Positions 62,201 through 64,000 of a stretch of 64,000 nucleotides of DNA are shown here, piece by piece (the first letter of the stretch is position 1; every line of letters begins with the position of its first letter). The notes beneath the pieces are model-generated. The model did not search any database. It saw nothing but the letters and a program-made list of their open reading frames with translations, and had not been told where the DNA came from. Made by a program: the position numbers and the translations under genes. This DNA is from Eledone cirrhosa (taxonomy: Eukaryota). The DNA is taken from contig OZ024761.1 of the NCBI GenBank assembly GCA_964016885.1, positions 8,742,001 through 8,806,000 on the forward strand, read 5' to 3'.

Positions 62201-64000
62201 AAGTCACAGTAATTTGAGGTCACCTCTCACCAGCACAAGTCACAGTAATTTGAGGTCACTTCTCATCAGCAGGAGTCACAGTAATTTGAGGTCACCTCTC
62301 ATCAGCACAAGTCACAGTAATTTGAGGTCACTTCTCATCAGCAGGAGTCACAGTAATTTGAGGTCACTTCTCATCAGCAGGAGTCACAGTAATTTGAGGT
62401 CACCTCTCATCAGCACAAGTCACAGTAATTTGAGGTCACCTCTCATCAGCACAAGTCACAGTAATTTGAGGTCACTTCTCATCAGCAGGAGTCACAGTAA
62501 TTTGAGGTCACCTCTCATCAGCACAAGTCACAGTAATTTGAGGTCACTTCTCATCAGCAGGAGTCACAGTAATTTGAGGTCACCTCTCACCAGCACAAGT
62601 CACAGTAATTTGAGGTCACTTCTCATCAGCAGGAGTCACAGTAATTTGAGGTCACCTCTCATCAGCACAAGTCACAGTAATTTGAGGTCACTTCTCACCA
62701 GCACAAGTCACAGTAATTTGAGGTCACTTCTCATCAACAGGAGTCACAGTAATTTGAGGTCACCTCTCATCAGCACAAGTCACAGTAATTTGAGGTCACC
62801 TCTCATCAGCACAAGTCACAGTAATTTGAGGTCACCTCTCACCAGCACGAGTCACAGTAATTTGAGGTCACCTCTCATCAGCAGGAGTCACAGTAATTTG
62901 AGGTCACCTCTCATCAGCACAAGTCACAGTAATTTGAGGTCACCTCTCATCAGCACAAGTCAGTAATTTGAGGTCACCTCTCATCAGCACAAGTCACAGT
63001 AATTTGAGGTCACCTCTCATCAGCACAAGTCACAGTAATTTGAGGTCACCTCTCACCAGCACAAGTCACAGTAATTTGAGGTCACCTCTCATCAGCACAA
63101 GTCACAGTAATTTGAGGTCACCTCTCACCAGCACAAGTCACAGTAATTTGAGGTCACCTCTCATCAGCACAAGTCACAGTAATTTGAGGTCACTTCTCAT
63201 CAGCAGGAGTCACAGTAATTTGAGGTCACCTCTCATCAGCACAAGTCACAGTAATTTGAGGTCACCTCTCATCAGCACAAGTCACAGTAATTTGAGGTCA
63301 CTTCTCATCAGCAGGAGTCACAGTAATTTGAGGTCACCTCTCATCAGCACAAGTCACAGTAATTTGAGGTCACTTCTCATCAGCACAAGTCACAGTAATT
63401 TGAGGTCACTTCTCATCAGCAGGAGTCACAGTAATTTGAGGTCACCTCTCATCAGCACAAGTCACAGTAATTTGAGGTCACCTCTCATCAGCACAAGTCA
63501 CAGTAATTTGAGGTCACCTCTCATCAGCACAAGTCACAGTAATTTGAGGTCACCTCTCATCAGCACAAGTCACAGTAATTTGAGGTCACTTCTCATCAGC
63601 AGGAGTCACAGTAATTTGAGGTCACTTCTCATCAGCAGGAGTCACAGTAATTTGAGGTCACCTCTCATCAGCACAAGTCACAGTAATTTGAGGTCACTTC
63701 TCATCAGCAGGAGTCACAGTAATTTGAGGTCACTTCTCATCAGCAGGAGTCACAGTAATTTGAGGTCACCTCTCATCAGCACAAGTCACAGTAATTTGAG
63801 GTCACCTCTCATCAGCACAAGTCACAGTAATTTGAGGTCACTTCTCATCAGCAGGAGTCACAGTAATTTGAGGTCACCTCTCATCAGCACAAGTCACAGT
63901 AATTTGAGGTCACTTCTCATCAGCAGGAGTCACAGTAATTTGAGGTCACCTCTCACCAGCACAAGTCACAGTAATTTGAGGTCACTTCTCATCAGCAGGA
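56263..64000. repeat. 36-bp minisatellite (>210 copies, runs off the window)
   Basis: Unit AGTCACAGTAATTTGAGGTCACYTCTCAYCAGCASR. Confidence 0.97.

Noticed and set aside
56093-62966. 673-838-aa SHSNLRS-repeat ORFs
   Set aside because: 36-bp minisatellite with frame-breaking deletions, intronic to the ZNRF3-like gene

Overview
Repeat-saturated metazoan DNA; the SINE families, (TA)n load and gene structures suggest an octopod cephalopod, which is an inference. Three spliced genes can be reconstructed by hand. (1) The last two coding exons of WDR25 (+, 679-819 and 7155-7376). (2) A near-complete ARMC5 (-, six exons from 43561 to the assembly gap at 13390) with a one-base frameshift at 16951-16953. 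(3) The first two exons of a ZNRF3/RNF43-like PA-RING E3 ligase (+, 48688-49806 and 55294-55479). Most long ORFs in the track are artefacts of micro- and minisatellites. The introns hold tRNA-derived SINEs, RTE, CR1-like and REL-type LINE fragments, piggyBac-type MITEs, a Penelope-like element (RT plus GIY-YIG) and several minisatellites amplified from these elements. The most notable observation is a ~465-bp tandem repeat (28645-30257) in ARMC5 intron 4, next to the Penelope element. Each unit carries a type I hammerhead ribozyme and an ATGCAAAT octamer, and an adjacent inverted copy starts 2 nt from the predicted cleavage site. This makes it a candidate retrozyme or satellite-2-like self-cleaving RNA system. 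Three to four more hammerhead-like motifs with unrelated sequences are scattered in the window.
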